A DNA stretch of 54,126 nt from a virus (Duplodnaviria; Caudoviricetes), in IMG/VR virus record IMGVR_UViG_3300027911_000017, positions 1 through 54,126 of that record. One strand, written 5' to 3'. Under the pieces are notes generated by a model, which saw only the letters and a list, made by a program, of their open reading frames with translations, was not told where the DNA came from and ran no database searches. This document shows, piece after piece, positions 38,303 through 47,015 of the stretch; position 1 is the first letter of the stretch, and each line of letters opens with the position of its first letter. The translations under genes were made by a program, and so were the position numbers.

Positions 38303-39838
38303 CTATCCTCCCTCTCCCCCAACATCAAAATACAATCCATCAAGACATTGGGATACAAAGTCATCCACTTCTGAAGCTACTTCCTGTTCTTCAACCTCAG
38401 GCTTCGGCTTTGGGCTGAACCTGTCCCTCAGCTCCCGCATCCTGCGCCTGATTTCGCTCAATGGCGTTTCCAGCGGCATTCTTTTCGCCATTAAAACCTC
38501 CCTTTGATTTGTGAAACAACCGCTTGAGTAACTGCCTTTTCCTGCGCTCATCGGCCCGCTTAATCACACGTTCTTCGGTCAAATGAGGAAAGCCAATGAA
38601 TTCATAGGCCATCTTACGCCTCCACCCCTGTAGCTAAGGACCCTGCGGGTGGGTTGACCTCAAGGACTTCCTCAACCGTATTAAGCACCTTAGGCGGGTA
38701 AGCCACGACAAACTCCGTGTGCCACCCTTGTTCACTCTTAAGTGCCTCACTGTACTTCACGACATGCGGGTGAGTCTTGCGCAGCAACTCCCACCGTGCA
38801 TTACGCTCTTCTACAGTGTTGAATGTTTCCCGAACAAAGCTCACTGACACCTCCCGTAAATTAAATTTCACCTCTACGTATGTGCCTGAGTACCACGGTG
38901 TTCTTTACCTTAGGGCTGCCCGCCTTCACTTTCCTTGCAGCATCCCTATCCTGCAACATAAGCCGTGTGCCGAACAGCTTGCCCTTCAGCTTACGGCGAA
39001 CTCTTTCAAAGGTTGCTGTCGCATTCAGCGAAGCCATGCCACCCAAAGGCTGTCCCTCTATCAAGGTAACAAACAGCCTGCCCACAGTAGTAGCATCCGG
39101 CCCTTGAAAGTAATCCATAACCTCATGCAAGGCCTCTATGTGTTGATCTAACCGCCCCACATACGGATCACCCAGAATAGCCGCAGAGAGGCAACCTTCA
39201 GCTCTGTCCACAGCCTCAAGATCAGCTTCATACTGTTCCCTTCCATAAATGCCCATGTTACACCCCCTCATAGGCAATCTGAAGCAATCGCCCGGTGTCA
39301 AACAGAGTCTTTTCCAACGCTACGTTCATATCCGCTGCCATTACACCAGCAGTAATCTCATCCTGTCCAACAGCCACAGGAGCAGCGAAAGACAACCCGT
39401 CATGCTTAGATCGAAGGATAACCAGCCAAGTTTCTTTAACCTTGAGTGCTTCAAATGTAGCCATGTGGCCTCCAGTGCAAAATTTTCCGCGCCGTGTAAA
39501 TTTTACCGACCGCCGCGTTATATTGATGCCGCCGAAAAACCGCCGATGCGGTCGCCGTTTATATTTTTCCGGCCCCTATATCAGGGCACATACACACATT
39601 TATCACCCTCACAACAAACTCTTCGCAAGCTCCCGTCAGGGGAACGCTCAAGGTCACAGTATACCTGCGGCCCACTCACATGATAGGTTGTGCTGGATGC
39701 GGCACAACCCGTCATTAAGCCACTCAGTATACTAATCAGTAATACTCTGATACGTTTAGCTGTCATGTTCCTATCCTTAAGCAATCGCTCACCTCTCCCC
39801 AAGGGACTGATTAGAGCGAAAGCTTGAAGATATAACAA
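38303..39838 (-). CDS. Cluster of small early hypothetical ORFs (38303-38491, 38397-38612, 38614-38871, 38861-39256, 39258-39464, 39581-39838)
   Basis: Co-oriented short ORFs, most with GGAGG/GAGG RBS; 39581-39838 contains a lipobox-like MTGC. Confidence 0.55.
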
Positions 39839-39865
39839 GTCTTTACCTTGAGCACTCCTATTGTA

Positions 39866-40063
39866 TTACCTGCTCCAACTCCCACTCCCACTCCAACTCC
39901 TACTCCTACTCCTACTCCCACTCCAACTCCCACTCCTACTCCAACTCCTACTCCTACTCCTACTCCCACTCCAACTCCCACTCCTACTCCTACTCCAACT
40001 CCCACTCCCACTCCAACTCCCACTCTCACTCAGGCGGATATACCTGTTTCGCCTGCTGCGCAA
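39866..40063 (-). CDS. Low-complexity (Ser-Gly/Trp/Arg)n protein, 65 aa
   Basis: TTG start directly after the upstream stop, GGAG upstream, on the same strand as all neighbours. Confidence 0.55.
   Translation of the reverse strand: MRSRRNRYIRLSESGSWSGSGSWSRSRSGSWSGSRSRSRSWSRSGSWSGSRSRSRSWSGSGSWSR
39875..40030. repeat. Tandem hexamer repeat CC(A/C/T)ACT, about 26 units
   Basis: Directly visible; essentially one position per unit varies. Confidence 0.95.
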
Positions 40064-40321
40064 TTACTTTCCAACTCCAAAGGACTCTATTGCCTGTGTT
40101 TGAATATACCACGTTTCCGCATGGAGCTTTTGTTCGTCTTTGAAAACCTTTGCGCCGTACTCCCCAGTCTCGAACACAATGGCGGGATCAGTCAAAAGCA
40201 CAAAGGTTGCATTAACTCCCGTCAGTACCCCAGAATAGAAGTAATTCGCGCACATAATCAATACGCGCTTTCCTATCAAGGATTCCAACCCTTTCTCATC
40301 CACTTCAACTATCTTTTTCAT
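40064..40321 (-). CDS. Small Sm-like-fold hypothetical protein
   Basis: [31 protein letters not shown]; AGGAG RBS. Confidence 0.65.
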   Translation of the reverse strand: MKKIVEVDEKGLESLIGKRVLIMCANYFYSGVLTGVNATFVLLTDPAIVFETGEYGAKVFKDEQKLHAETWYIQTQAIESFGVGK

Positions 40322-40451
40322 GTTCTCTCCTTAAACCTTAATCTTCTGTATTGTCTCCCATCCTGCTTCCCACATACTCTGATTCTTCTGCCTATAACAG
40401 AACTCAAAGTATATCTTCAGCAGAATCTCTGCAATTACCTTGTCAATATCC

Positions 40452-41053
40452 TTAGGACTTCGTTGGGTTATCATGTTTAAGCTCCCTATCAAGCAATAAA
40501 CACTTCCTACAGCGTTTGAAGAATCTGCAATTAGCCGTTGTCCGGCCCTTCACTGGTGCATGTGCCCAATCTTTCTTACACTCAGGACACTCATGCCAAC
40601 AGACATCAGCGCGGGTTAATGCCAATACTGGATTTAGCGATAAGTCTTTGTTCATGGCTCAGCAGCTCCCTACAGCAGGTTAGGTAATAAATCATGTGTG
40701 CATCGGCCTCAAGGTTCCGAAAAGACTCAGGTGAACGCCTAATATCCCAAGTGGCCTCAATGTAGCTATTGTTTTTCAAGGTAAGCCACCTGTATTGCTT
40801 CGTATACCTCATTCGGAAGCTCAGCTTGCAGCGGTTCCTGATAGATATACCAGCCCTCTCGATCATAGTACAAACCCACTTCGAGCGGAGCCGCAACTAC
40901 AAACTCAGCTCCAAAGTAAACCTTCACCTGCTTGTTAGGCAGTAACTCACAGACAGCAGCCTGATCTACCTTGCCCTCATCAATCCATCGTTCCGTTTTA
41001 GGCAAGGCTGTAACAAACTTGGTGCCCACTTCCACATGCATCTTATCCTTCAC
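40452..41053 (-). CDS. Small early hypothetical ORFs (40452-40655, Cys-rich; 40766-41053, GTG start after GGAGG)
   Basis: Co-oriented short ORFs. Confidence 0.5.
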
Positions 41054-41157
41054 CTTGTTTGCCTCCCTCTGTGACTGGCTGTAAGACCAGAGCAAACAGC
41101 GCGTCCTACGGTGAAGTCCACTTGCAAGCCTTAGAGTTACCGTAGGCAGTTTGCTCT

Positions 41158-41221
41158 GGCCTCATCAGCTAGTGTGTTACACTAGGACTAGGTACAGTGT
41201 CATCTGTACCTAGTTTCGGCC
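41158..41221 (-). ncRNA. Hammerhead ribozyme, type II
   Basis: Minus strand reads GGCC-GAAA-CUAGGUACAG-augaca-CUGUACCUAG-UC^-CUAGUGU-aac-ACACUAG-CUGAUGA-GGCC: full catalytic core, GUC site, three perfect stems. Confidence 0.92.
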
Positions 41222-41440
41222 TTACTTACTCGCAACCTCCGCGATGCCCCCGCATGACACCATCACAGCCGTTGGTGTGAGATGCTTAAACGTGGGATCA
41301 CCGCCATTCTGGCAGGTAATCACCGCTTCAGTCACACTCAGATGCGTAAGTTTATACATGTACTTCAGCTTAGGCGTCTGAGCATAGGCTGTCGCACCAA
41401 ACAACGCGATAGCCAGCCAGAGATATGCTCGTTTCTTCAT
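41222..41440 (-). CDS. Small secreted protein
   Basis: Signal peptide MKKRAYLWLAIALFGATAYA; GGAGG RBS. Confidence 0.7.
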   Translation of the reverse strand: MKKRAYLWLAIALFGATAYAQTPKLKYMYKLTHLSVTEAVITCQNGGDPTFKHLTPTAVMVSCGGIAEVASK

Positions 41441-41461
41441 GCTTTTCCTCCCTTAGTGATC

Positions 41462-41519
41462 TAGGTACATCCCCAAGGGCATAGACTGTATCAGCAGTTA
41501 TGCCCTTGAGAGATACCTA
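41462..41519 (-). promoter_or_regulatory. Long intergenic hairpin (possible RNase III processing site)
   Basis: CAAGGGCATA/TATGCCCTTG core extended by TAGGTA/TACCTA; no U-tract. Confidence 0.5.
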
Positions 41520-41753
41520 CATCAACTCACAAGCTAGCTTGACGGTAAACTCTACCGCCTCAGCCTTAACCTGATACAACTTCGCCATGCTTCGCAACAC
41601 AGCCATGTCCCGTGCCTTAGCTAACACGGCAATTCTCTTTGCCATGCGCCTAGCATATGCTAGGTTACTGCGAACAAGCCGCACACGCAATGCCTCTGCA
41701 TGATTAGCAACACTCACGTCAGACCTTAGCCCTGCTCTGTAACTGGCGATCAT
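41517..41753 (-). CDS. Early hypothetical protein
   Basis: 78 aa basic helical; GAGG RBS. Confidence 0.6.
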   Translation of the reverse strand: MIASYRAGLRSDVSVANHAEALRVRLVRSNLAYARRMAKRIAVLAKARDMAVLRSMAKLYQVKAEAVEFTVKLACELM

Positions 41754-41781
41754 GGTACACCTCTCACGTAGGATTAAACTA

Positions 41782-41830
41782 AGCGTACAATGAGAGGCAC
41801 AGGTATTATCCTGTGCCCCTGATGTAAGCT
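41782..41830 (-). promoter_or_regulatory. Long intergenic hairpin (possible RNase III processing site)
   Basis: GGCACAGG/CCTGTGCC core with imperfect extension; no U-tract. Confidence 0.5.
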
Positions 41831-41834
41831 CAGG

Positions 41835-42158
41835 TTATTCAGCAGCCTGAGTAGAAGCCTTGATTCCCAGTTCAAGAATGCCATTCTTGAATGAGAGCAA
41901 GTGTTGGTTCTCGACAATGAAGCGTACCATCGGTGTGTCCTTGAGCTGATCTACGGGCAAGCCCGTAGCGAACACCAGCAGCTTAACCCATGTCTCGGCA
42001 TAGTTCGTCGTGGGGAAGCGGCCAGTACCGTACACCGATATTCCACCCTTTTCCCCGATCTTCATGCTGAGTCCGGGGGTATTGCGCTTCGTCTTAGCCT
42101 CAAGCTCCAGAATGTATGCCTGAAGTTCAGCCGTTGTCATGCCAGTAGTGTCTCTCAT
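41835..42158 (-). CDS. First early gene, conserved-looking hypothetical protein
   Basis: KIGEKGGISVYGTGRFPTTNYAETW motif; GGAG RBS. Confidence 0.7.
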   Translation of the reverse strand: MRDTTGMTTAELQAYILELEAKTKRNTPGLSMKIGEKGGISVYGTGRFPTTNYAETWVKLLVFATGLPVDQLKDTPMVRFIVENQHLLSFKNGILELGIKASTQAAE

Positions 42159-42518
42159 GTTACTCCATTGCGGTAAGACTAACAGGGCAATGTCACGTTC
42201 GGTGCTGCTGTTGGTCGCCGTGGTGATGTGCCGCGTTGCCGTTTGCCGCTTGCACCCCTTATAATTTTTCGGCGGCCCGCGTCTAGCGCAAAGAATGGAA
42301 TTGGGAAAAGTATCGGCTTAGAGGATTCCTTTGATGGGGATTATAGATGGTGCAGCCCCGGCAAAATATTGAAAAATCAGAACTTAGCTCCCATTATCGT
42401 GCTCATTATAGGGCACTTAAAGGTACTTATTATCAACAAGTTACGGGCGCGAGTAGGTACGAGTTACTCAGACGTGGGACCCGAGGGGTGGAAAGGGTGG
42501 TAGGCCCTCATGTATCTC

Positions 42519-42944
42519 ATTCTAAAGGACATAACTCTGTGAATGTGGGTCCCATCTATATGCCCCTATGTCATTGAATGCATGGGACTTACCTAGCCCC
42601 GGAGCCTCTTAGCCCCTGAAATAGCCCCAAAGTATCATCCGGATTACTCCCCGGAGGGTTTCGGGCAAAAACCGCACCGAAACCTACCACCCCAAGGGTC
42701 CTGATCTTCCCTTAGCTTGCATTGCCGTAGGCAAACCACGTGGGCTGCCGGAGCGCCAGCGGAGGGCAGACCGATTTGGCTAGAATTTTTCTAGAGCTAG
42801 TATAGCGCAAGCCGTGCGCAGGTCATGCGCTAGTTAAGGTGTACTAGGATTCTAAAGGAGTTAAAGTCCTTTAGATTCAAATAGTTAACTTTTTCTGAAA
42901 TTTCGCTAAAAATAATTTTACTTTTGTTGATTCTAAAGGACTTA
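42519..42944. repeat. Dispersed (A)TTCTAAAGGACTTA-like motif, four good copies and one degenerate
   Basis: 42519-42533, 42849-42863, 42863-42878 (inverted), 42930-42944; degenerate at about 42577-42591. Confidence 0.75.
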
Positions 42945-42958
42945 TTTGAAAAATATTT

Positions 42959-42986
42959 TGTCACAAAATGCTCGCTAGAACGTAAC
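42959..42986 (+). promoter_or_regulatory. Putative phage-sigma late promoter (TGTCACA-N15-CGTAAC)
   Basis: Third copy of the motif, heading the terminase operon. Confidence 0.65.
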
Positions 42987-43113
42987 TTTGGTGTAGACCA
43001 AAAGTTACTACGAGTCGCACGCAACCGCCGCTTGGTGCGGCGATGCTGTTGCGGCCCCAAGCCGACTCTACGTAAAAACGTCTACACCTAGTTAAGGCCC
43101 TCCGTGTGTCTAC

Positions 43114-43308
43114 ATGATAAGACTATATCATCTATGGACTTCTGAGAACCGGATGTTTAGCTTTGGCTTGGTCACATTTTACTTTATAGAAGGTTACTTT
43201 CAGTTTAAGTACGCAATGGGCTTCTCAGTTTGTAACTTTGGGGTTGAGGTAGCGTGGGGCGAAAGAGACTATGGGAAGACCGGAGAAGCTAGAAAACTGG
43301 CTGATTGA
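43114..43308 (+). CDS. Small hypothetical protein
   Basis: 64 aa ORF before the small terminase; weak RBS. Confidence 0.35.
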   Translation: MIRLYHLWTSENRMFSFGLVTFYFIEGYFQFKYAMGFSVCNFGVEVAWGERDYGKTGEARKLAD

Positions 43309-43711
43309 GGCTGCGGAGGTTATGGCCCGTGAGGGTGTTACTCTTAGGGAAGCCGCAGGGATGCTTAATCAGGATGTCACCGCAGATGAGTGTGATGTCA
43401 TTGTACGCCGTAAGAGTTTCCATAGATTACTTTGGGAGTCTAGGTTAAGGTACTTTAATCAGTTAGCTGTTGACCCAAACTTTAAGAAAGATACTATAAT
43501 AGGCAAGCTCGTCACCCTAGCTCAACGGTTGGAAGACCGGGGAGACTATGATAAGGCAGCCGAAGCCATCCTTAAGGCTGCCAAGGTCGCTGGGTTCGTG
43601 GGTCCGGAATCAACTGTAAGTGTGTTTGGAGAGCTGAGTCAGGCTGATTTGGACAGTATTAGACGCAAAGTTGAAGAGGGTGCAATAGGTGTCAAGTCAA
43701 GACCGAACTGA
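43271..43711 (+). CDS. terS: Probable terminase small subunit
   Basis: HTH-like N-term, C-term ELSQADLD; directly upstream of and overlapping the large terminase. Confidence 0.65.
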   Translation: MGRPEKLENWLIEAAEVMAREGVTLREAAGMLNQDVTADECDVIVRRKSFHRLLWESRLRYFNQLAVDPNFKKDTIIGKLVTLAQRLEDRGDYDKAAEAILKAAKVAGFVGPESTVSVFGELSQADLDSIRRKVEEGAIGVKSRPN

Positions 43712-45236
43712 AAAGATCACTCAAGCCCTCGGTGAACTTGAACGTATGTCCCCTCAGGAGCAGCTTGCTGCTCTAGACATCCTTCAGGAACGTAGGGTAA
43801 AGAAGAACTATATTCGTTACTTCCAACCGTGGGAGCCGGATCAGGCTGAGGCGGTTAAGCAGTTTACCCAAGACATTAAGGTATTTGGCTTGCTCGGGGG
43901 AAATAGAAGTGGAAAGACCATCCTCGGAGCTTTCATCTGTGTTGCGTGGTGTCTCGGAAAAGATTACTTCAAGGGCGAACCAGCTTGGAAATGGGTGGAA
44001 AATCTCCCTATTCCTAAGGGACCAGTCAACGTCTGGGTCGTTGGAGTGGACTTTCCTACTCTGCGCGATGTTATATGGCATGAAAAATTACGTTTTGGAA
44101 AGACCCATCCTGCTTTCCTCCCTGACGATTCCAATGTCGTTAGTAACATCAGGGACGGTGACTTCCAGATTTTCTTCAAGAATGGAACAATTCTTACAGG
44201 AAAGTCTGCGGAAGCTGGACGAGAAAAGTTTCAAGGGGCAAGCGTAGACCTCATTTGGATTGATGAAGAATGCGAAAAGGATGTCTACGATGAGTGCTAT
44301 CAGCGAACCATTGACTGTTCGGGCAAGATTCTTCTTACGCAGACACCCCTTACAGATATCAACTCTGGAGTACGAGAACCTTGGGTATTCGACCTCTATG
44401 AGGAATGGCTCGCAGGAGATAAGTCCCTTTGTTTCTGCCAGCTCTCAACTCTTAACAGCCCTTTTATCTCCGCTAAAGACAAAGAAGAAACACTAAAGAA
44501 GTGGGAAGGCACGCCAGAAGAAGGCGCACGGCTATATGGCAAGTTCGTTCGCAGATCAGGGCTTGTATACCCAAACTTTAGCAAAGCTGTCCATATTGTC
44601 AAGCCATTCTCGATACCACGATATTGGACGAGAGTCGTATCTATTGATCCCGCTGCTACTGGGATTACTGCTGGCCTGTGGCTCGCTATTAGTCCTGAGG
44701 GTGATTATTTTGCTTTCAGAGAGTACTATGAGCGGGAAAAGACAGTAATTGAACACGCCAAGAGTTTAATGATGCTCGTAGCTGGGGAGCCCATTGACTA
44801 TTGGTTACTGGACCCCACATGGGGTGGACAACGAAATGCCGAGAATCACAAGAATGGAGCACAGCTTTATCGAGAAGCTGGAATCCCCGTTAGACTGCCC
44901 GATGTTGGGAAAGACTTTGGACTCAATGTTAGCCGTGAGTACATCACCGCTACGGTCACTCCGGGCTCAAGACATCCGAAATTTTATTGTTTTGAAGGGC
45001 TTCCGAACTTTGAACATGAAATAACTCACTATACTTGGGATACTTTTGGTAAGGGTGAGCAGAAGGGGCTCAGCAAAGAAAAGCCTCGTAAACGGAATGA
45101 CCACCTCATTAACGCTATGCAGTATGCCATGTGCCTTCGTTTGAAGGGGGCAAAGCGACGAGGTGAAACGGATGGATGGTTTGGAATTGATCCTGAAGCT
45201 GCTAAGAAAAGAACAGCTTTAGTATCGTACACTTAA
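43689..45236 (+). CDS. terL: Terminase large subunit
   Basis: Walker A GGNRSGKT, FQGASVDLIWIDEE Walker B, TQTP, nuclease SIDPA and NDHLINAMQY. Confidence 0.92.
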   Translation: MSSQDRTEKITQALGELERMSPQEQLAALDILQERRVKKNYIRYFQPWEPDQAEAVKQFTQDIKVFGLLGGNRSGKTILGAFICVAWCLGKDYFKGEPAWKWVENLPIPKGPVNVWVVGVDFPTLRDVIWHEKLRFGKTHPAFLPDDSNVVSNIRDGDFQIFFKNGTILTGKSAEAGREKFQGASVDLIWIDEECEKDVYDECYQRTIDCSGKILLTQTPLTDINSGVREPWVFDLYEEWLAGDKSLCFCQLSTLNSPFISAKDKEETLKKWEGTPEEGARLYGKFVRRSGLVYPNFSKAVHIVKPFSIPRYWTRVVSIDPAATGITAGLWLAISPEGDYFAFREYYEREKTVIEHAKSLMMLVAGEPIDYWLLDPTWGGQRNAENHKNGAQLYREAGIPVRLPDVGKDFGLNVSREYITATVTPGSRHPKFYCFEGLPNFEHEITHYTWDTFGKGEQKGLSKEKPRKRNDHLINAMQYAMCLRLKGAKRRGETDGWFGIDPEAAKKRTALVSYT

Positions 45237-45245
45237 GGAGAGAAC

Positions 45246-45449
45246 ATGATTGTTTCATTTATTACTGGACAGGCTACTGGCTTGGCAATTGGTTTTGTAG
45301 CGGGAGCTTTCACTCCCAGTATTGGACGTAAGATTAAGTCCTTTTGGGTGAAGGAAACGCAGAGTGGCATCAAAGCAGTTGAAGCAAAGGCACAGGCTGT
45401 TTCTACGACTGTGAAGACTGATGTTTCAAAGGTTGCTTCTAAACTCTAA
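45246..45449 (+). CDS. Small membrane protein
   Basis: Hydrophobic N-term; AAGGAG RBS. Confidence 0.6.
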   Translation: MIVSFITGQATGLAIGFVAGAFTPSIGRKIKSFWVKETQSGIKAVEAKAQAVSTTVKTDVSKVASKL

Positions 45450-46315
45450 TGTTTACACGTCTTTTACTGCTGAGTGGACTATTGCTAGGGGCTACGTGTC
45501 TTTCAAGTCCCTTAAAGGCACAGCAGCAGAGCTTCCCGGGTGGAGGTAGCGGAGGTTGTGGTACATTACCTACTACTCCTAATGGGGTGGCACAGGTGTG
45601 CACTTCTACGCCTTCTGGGGGTGTAGGGCAAGCAGGTGTTTTTACATTGGTAGGAACGGTAGGACGTACTGTTTCAGGGGCTTCCGATACGATTCTTTGT
45701 TCGGGTACCCCAAATGATAGTGGAAATTATGTACTGTACACCAATGCAGGGGCAGTAGCTGTTACACTTGGGCAGGCAGGTACGAGCTGCTTCACGAATA
45801 ATTTTCGGTTCGGAATCAAGACTGGAACAGGTGCTACAGCCACTATTACTCCCGGAGGTGGACAAATAGCCGGAAGTAATGGTACTTTAGGGGCTAACTT
45901 AGTTGTTCCTCCTTCAAGTACGGCAATTTGTTATAGCTGGGATAATGCGAATTGGCAATGTTCAGTCATTCCTCCCGGAGTTTCTCAACCGTTCAGCAGC
46001 TTGACCACTACCTGTGCAGGCGCACAGACGTGGGCGCTTGGCAGCGCGTGGGTAGCAAACGCTTCCATCACCATCACAGGAAGCTGCACGCTAAATCTAA
46101 CGAATCCACTCGCAGGCGGGAATTATGTGCTGGCAGTCACGCAAGGCTCGGGCGGTAGTCACACGCTGGCTCTTGGCACAGGTTGCATATGGAAAGTAAG
46201 TGGCGGCGGAGCGGGAGCAATCACTCCTAGTACGACGGCGGGAGCGATTGACGTGCTGGCATTCACCTACGACGGTACAAATTGCTATGCGAATTACAAC
46301 AAAAACTTTAATTAG
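45449..46315 (+). CDS. G/T/C-rich beta protein with signal-peptide-like N-term and tail-fibre-like C-term
   Basis: MFTRLLLLSGLLLGATCLSSPLKA; C-term VTQGSGGSHTL..STTAGAIDVLAFTYDGTN. Confidence 0.6.
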   Translation: MFTRLLLLSGLLLGATCLSSPLKAQQQSFPGGGSGGCGTLPTTPNGVAQVCTSTPSGGVGQAGVFTLVGTVGRTVSGASDTILCSGTPNDSGNYVLYTNAGAVAVTLGQAGTSCFTNNFRFGIKTGTGATATITPGGGQIAGSNGTLGANLVVPPSSTAICYSWDNANWQCSVIPPGVSQPFSSLTTTCAGAQTWALGSAWVANASITITGSCTLNLTNPLAGGNYVLAVTQGSGGSHTLALGTGCIWKVSGGGAGAITPSTTAGAIDVLAFTYDGTNCYANYNKNFN

Positions 46316-47015
46316 CCTGCTTTGCTGCCTGTTGACGGCCAACTGGACGCTGGCGCAGAACGCTGCGTTCTTTGGGTCGAATGTAGGGGTGGCGGGTGGG
46401 GGTGGATTTACTTATGTGCAATCTGTGGCTCCCGCGAGGGTCACAGGAACCTCAATCACATGCAATATGACATCCACCGTGGCGGGAAATTTAATCGGGA
46501 TAACAGCATTCACCCCCAGTGGAGGCGTAACCGGAAATTCTGTGACTGATAGTGCGAGCGAAACTTACATTTTCCCTTCCGGGCAGCATGGCTATCTATT
46601 CACTTATTTCAAGGAAAACAATGTTGGCGGCGTGACGACGATAACCTTCAGCAGCACTTCTAGCCAAATCACAGGAGCGATCTGCTTCGAATACAGCCCG
46701 GGAAGCGGTTCTCAAGATGGAAATTTAATTGATGGAAACCTGCAAAGCGGAACCACATACACAAGCGGAGCACTGACTGGAACATCTGGAACGAGTGATC
46801 TACTTCTCGGATTCGTTATAAATCGAACTAGTTCTAGTGTGACGCTTACTCCCAACGCTCCATTTTCTGTCAGAAAGGAATATGTGGATGCAGGTGCTGG
46901 TGATCGCTACAGTATGGTTGATGCTCTAAATACATCTCCAACTAGTGTGGCAAACTCAGGAAGTTTTTCGAGTGGAACAAATTCTAATGACGCTTCGATT
47001 ATCGCTTTTAAGTAG
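46287..47015 (+). CDS. S/T/G-rich beta protein with signal-peptide-like N-term
   Basis: MRITTKTLISLLCCLLTANWTLA start at 46287; ends IIAFK. Confidence 0.6.
   Translation: MRITTKTLISLLCCLLTANWTLAQNAAFFGSNVGVAGGGGFTYVQSVAPARVTGTSITCNMTSTVAGNLIGITAFTPSGGVTGNSVTDSASETYIFPSGQHGYLFTYFKENNVGGVTTITFSSTSSQITGAICFEYSPGSGSQDGNLIDGNLQSGTTYTSGALTGTSGTSDLLLGFVINRTSSSVTLTPNAPFSVRKEYVDAGAGDRYSMVDALNTSPTSVANSGSFSSGTNSNDASIIAFK

Noticed and set aside
39875-40030. Possible CRISPR array given the Cas4-like gene
   Set aside because: Contiguous 6-mers with no spacers; I saw no repeat-spacer array in the window.
39848-40480. Plus-strand (PT)n and Leu-rich ORFs, and minus-strand (VG)n ORF, over the hexamer repeat
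   Set aside because: They stay open because the repeat lacks stops. The plus-strand ones oppose all neighbours; the Ser-X frame has the coupled start and RBS.
42228-43060. ORFs 42228-42503, 42347-42577 and 42830-43060
   Set aside because: No RBS or protein-like features; they overlay repeat, promoter and hairpin elements.
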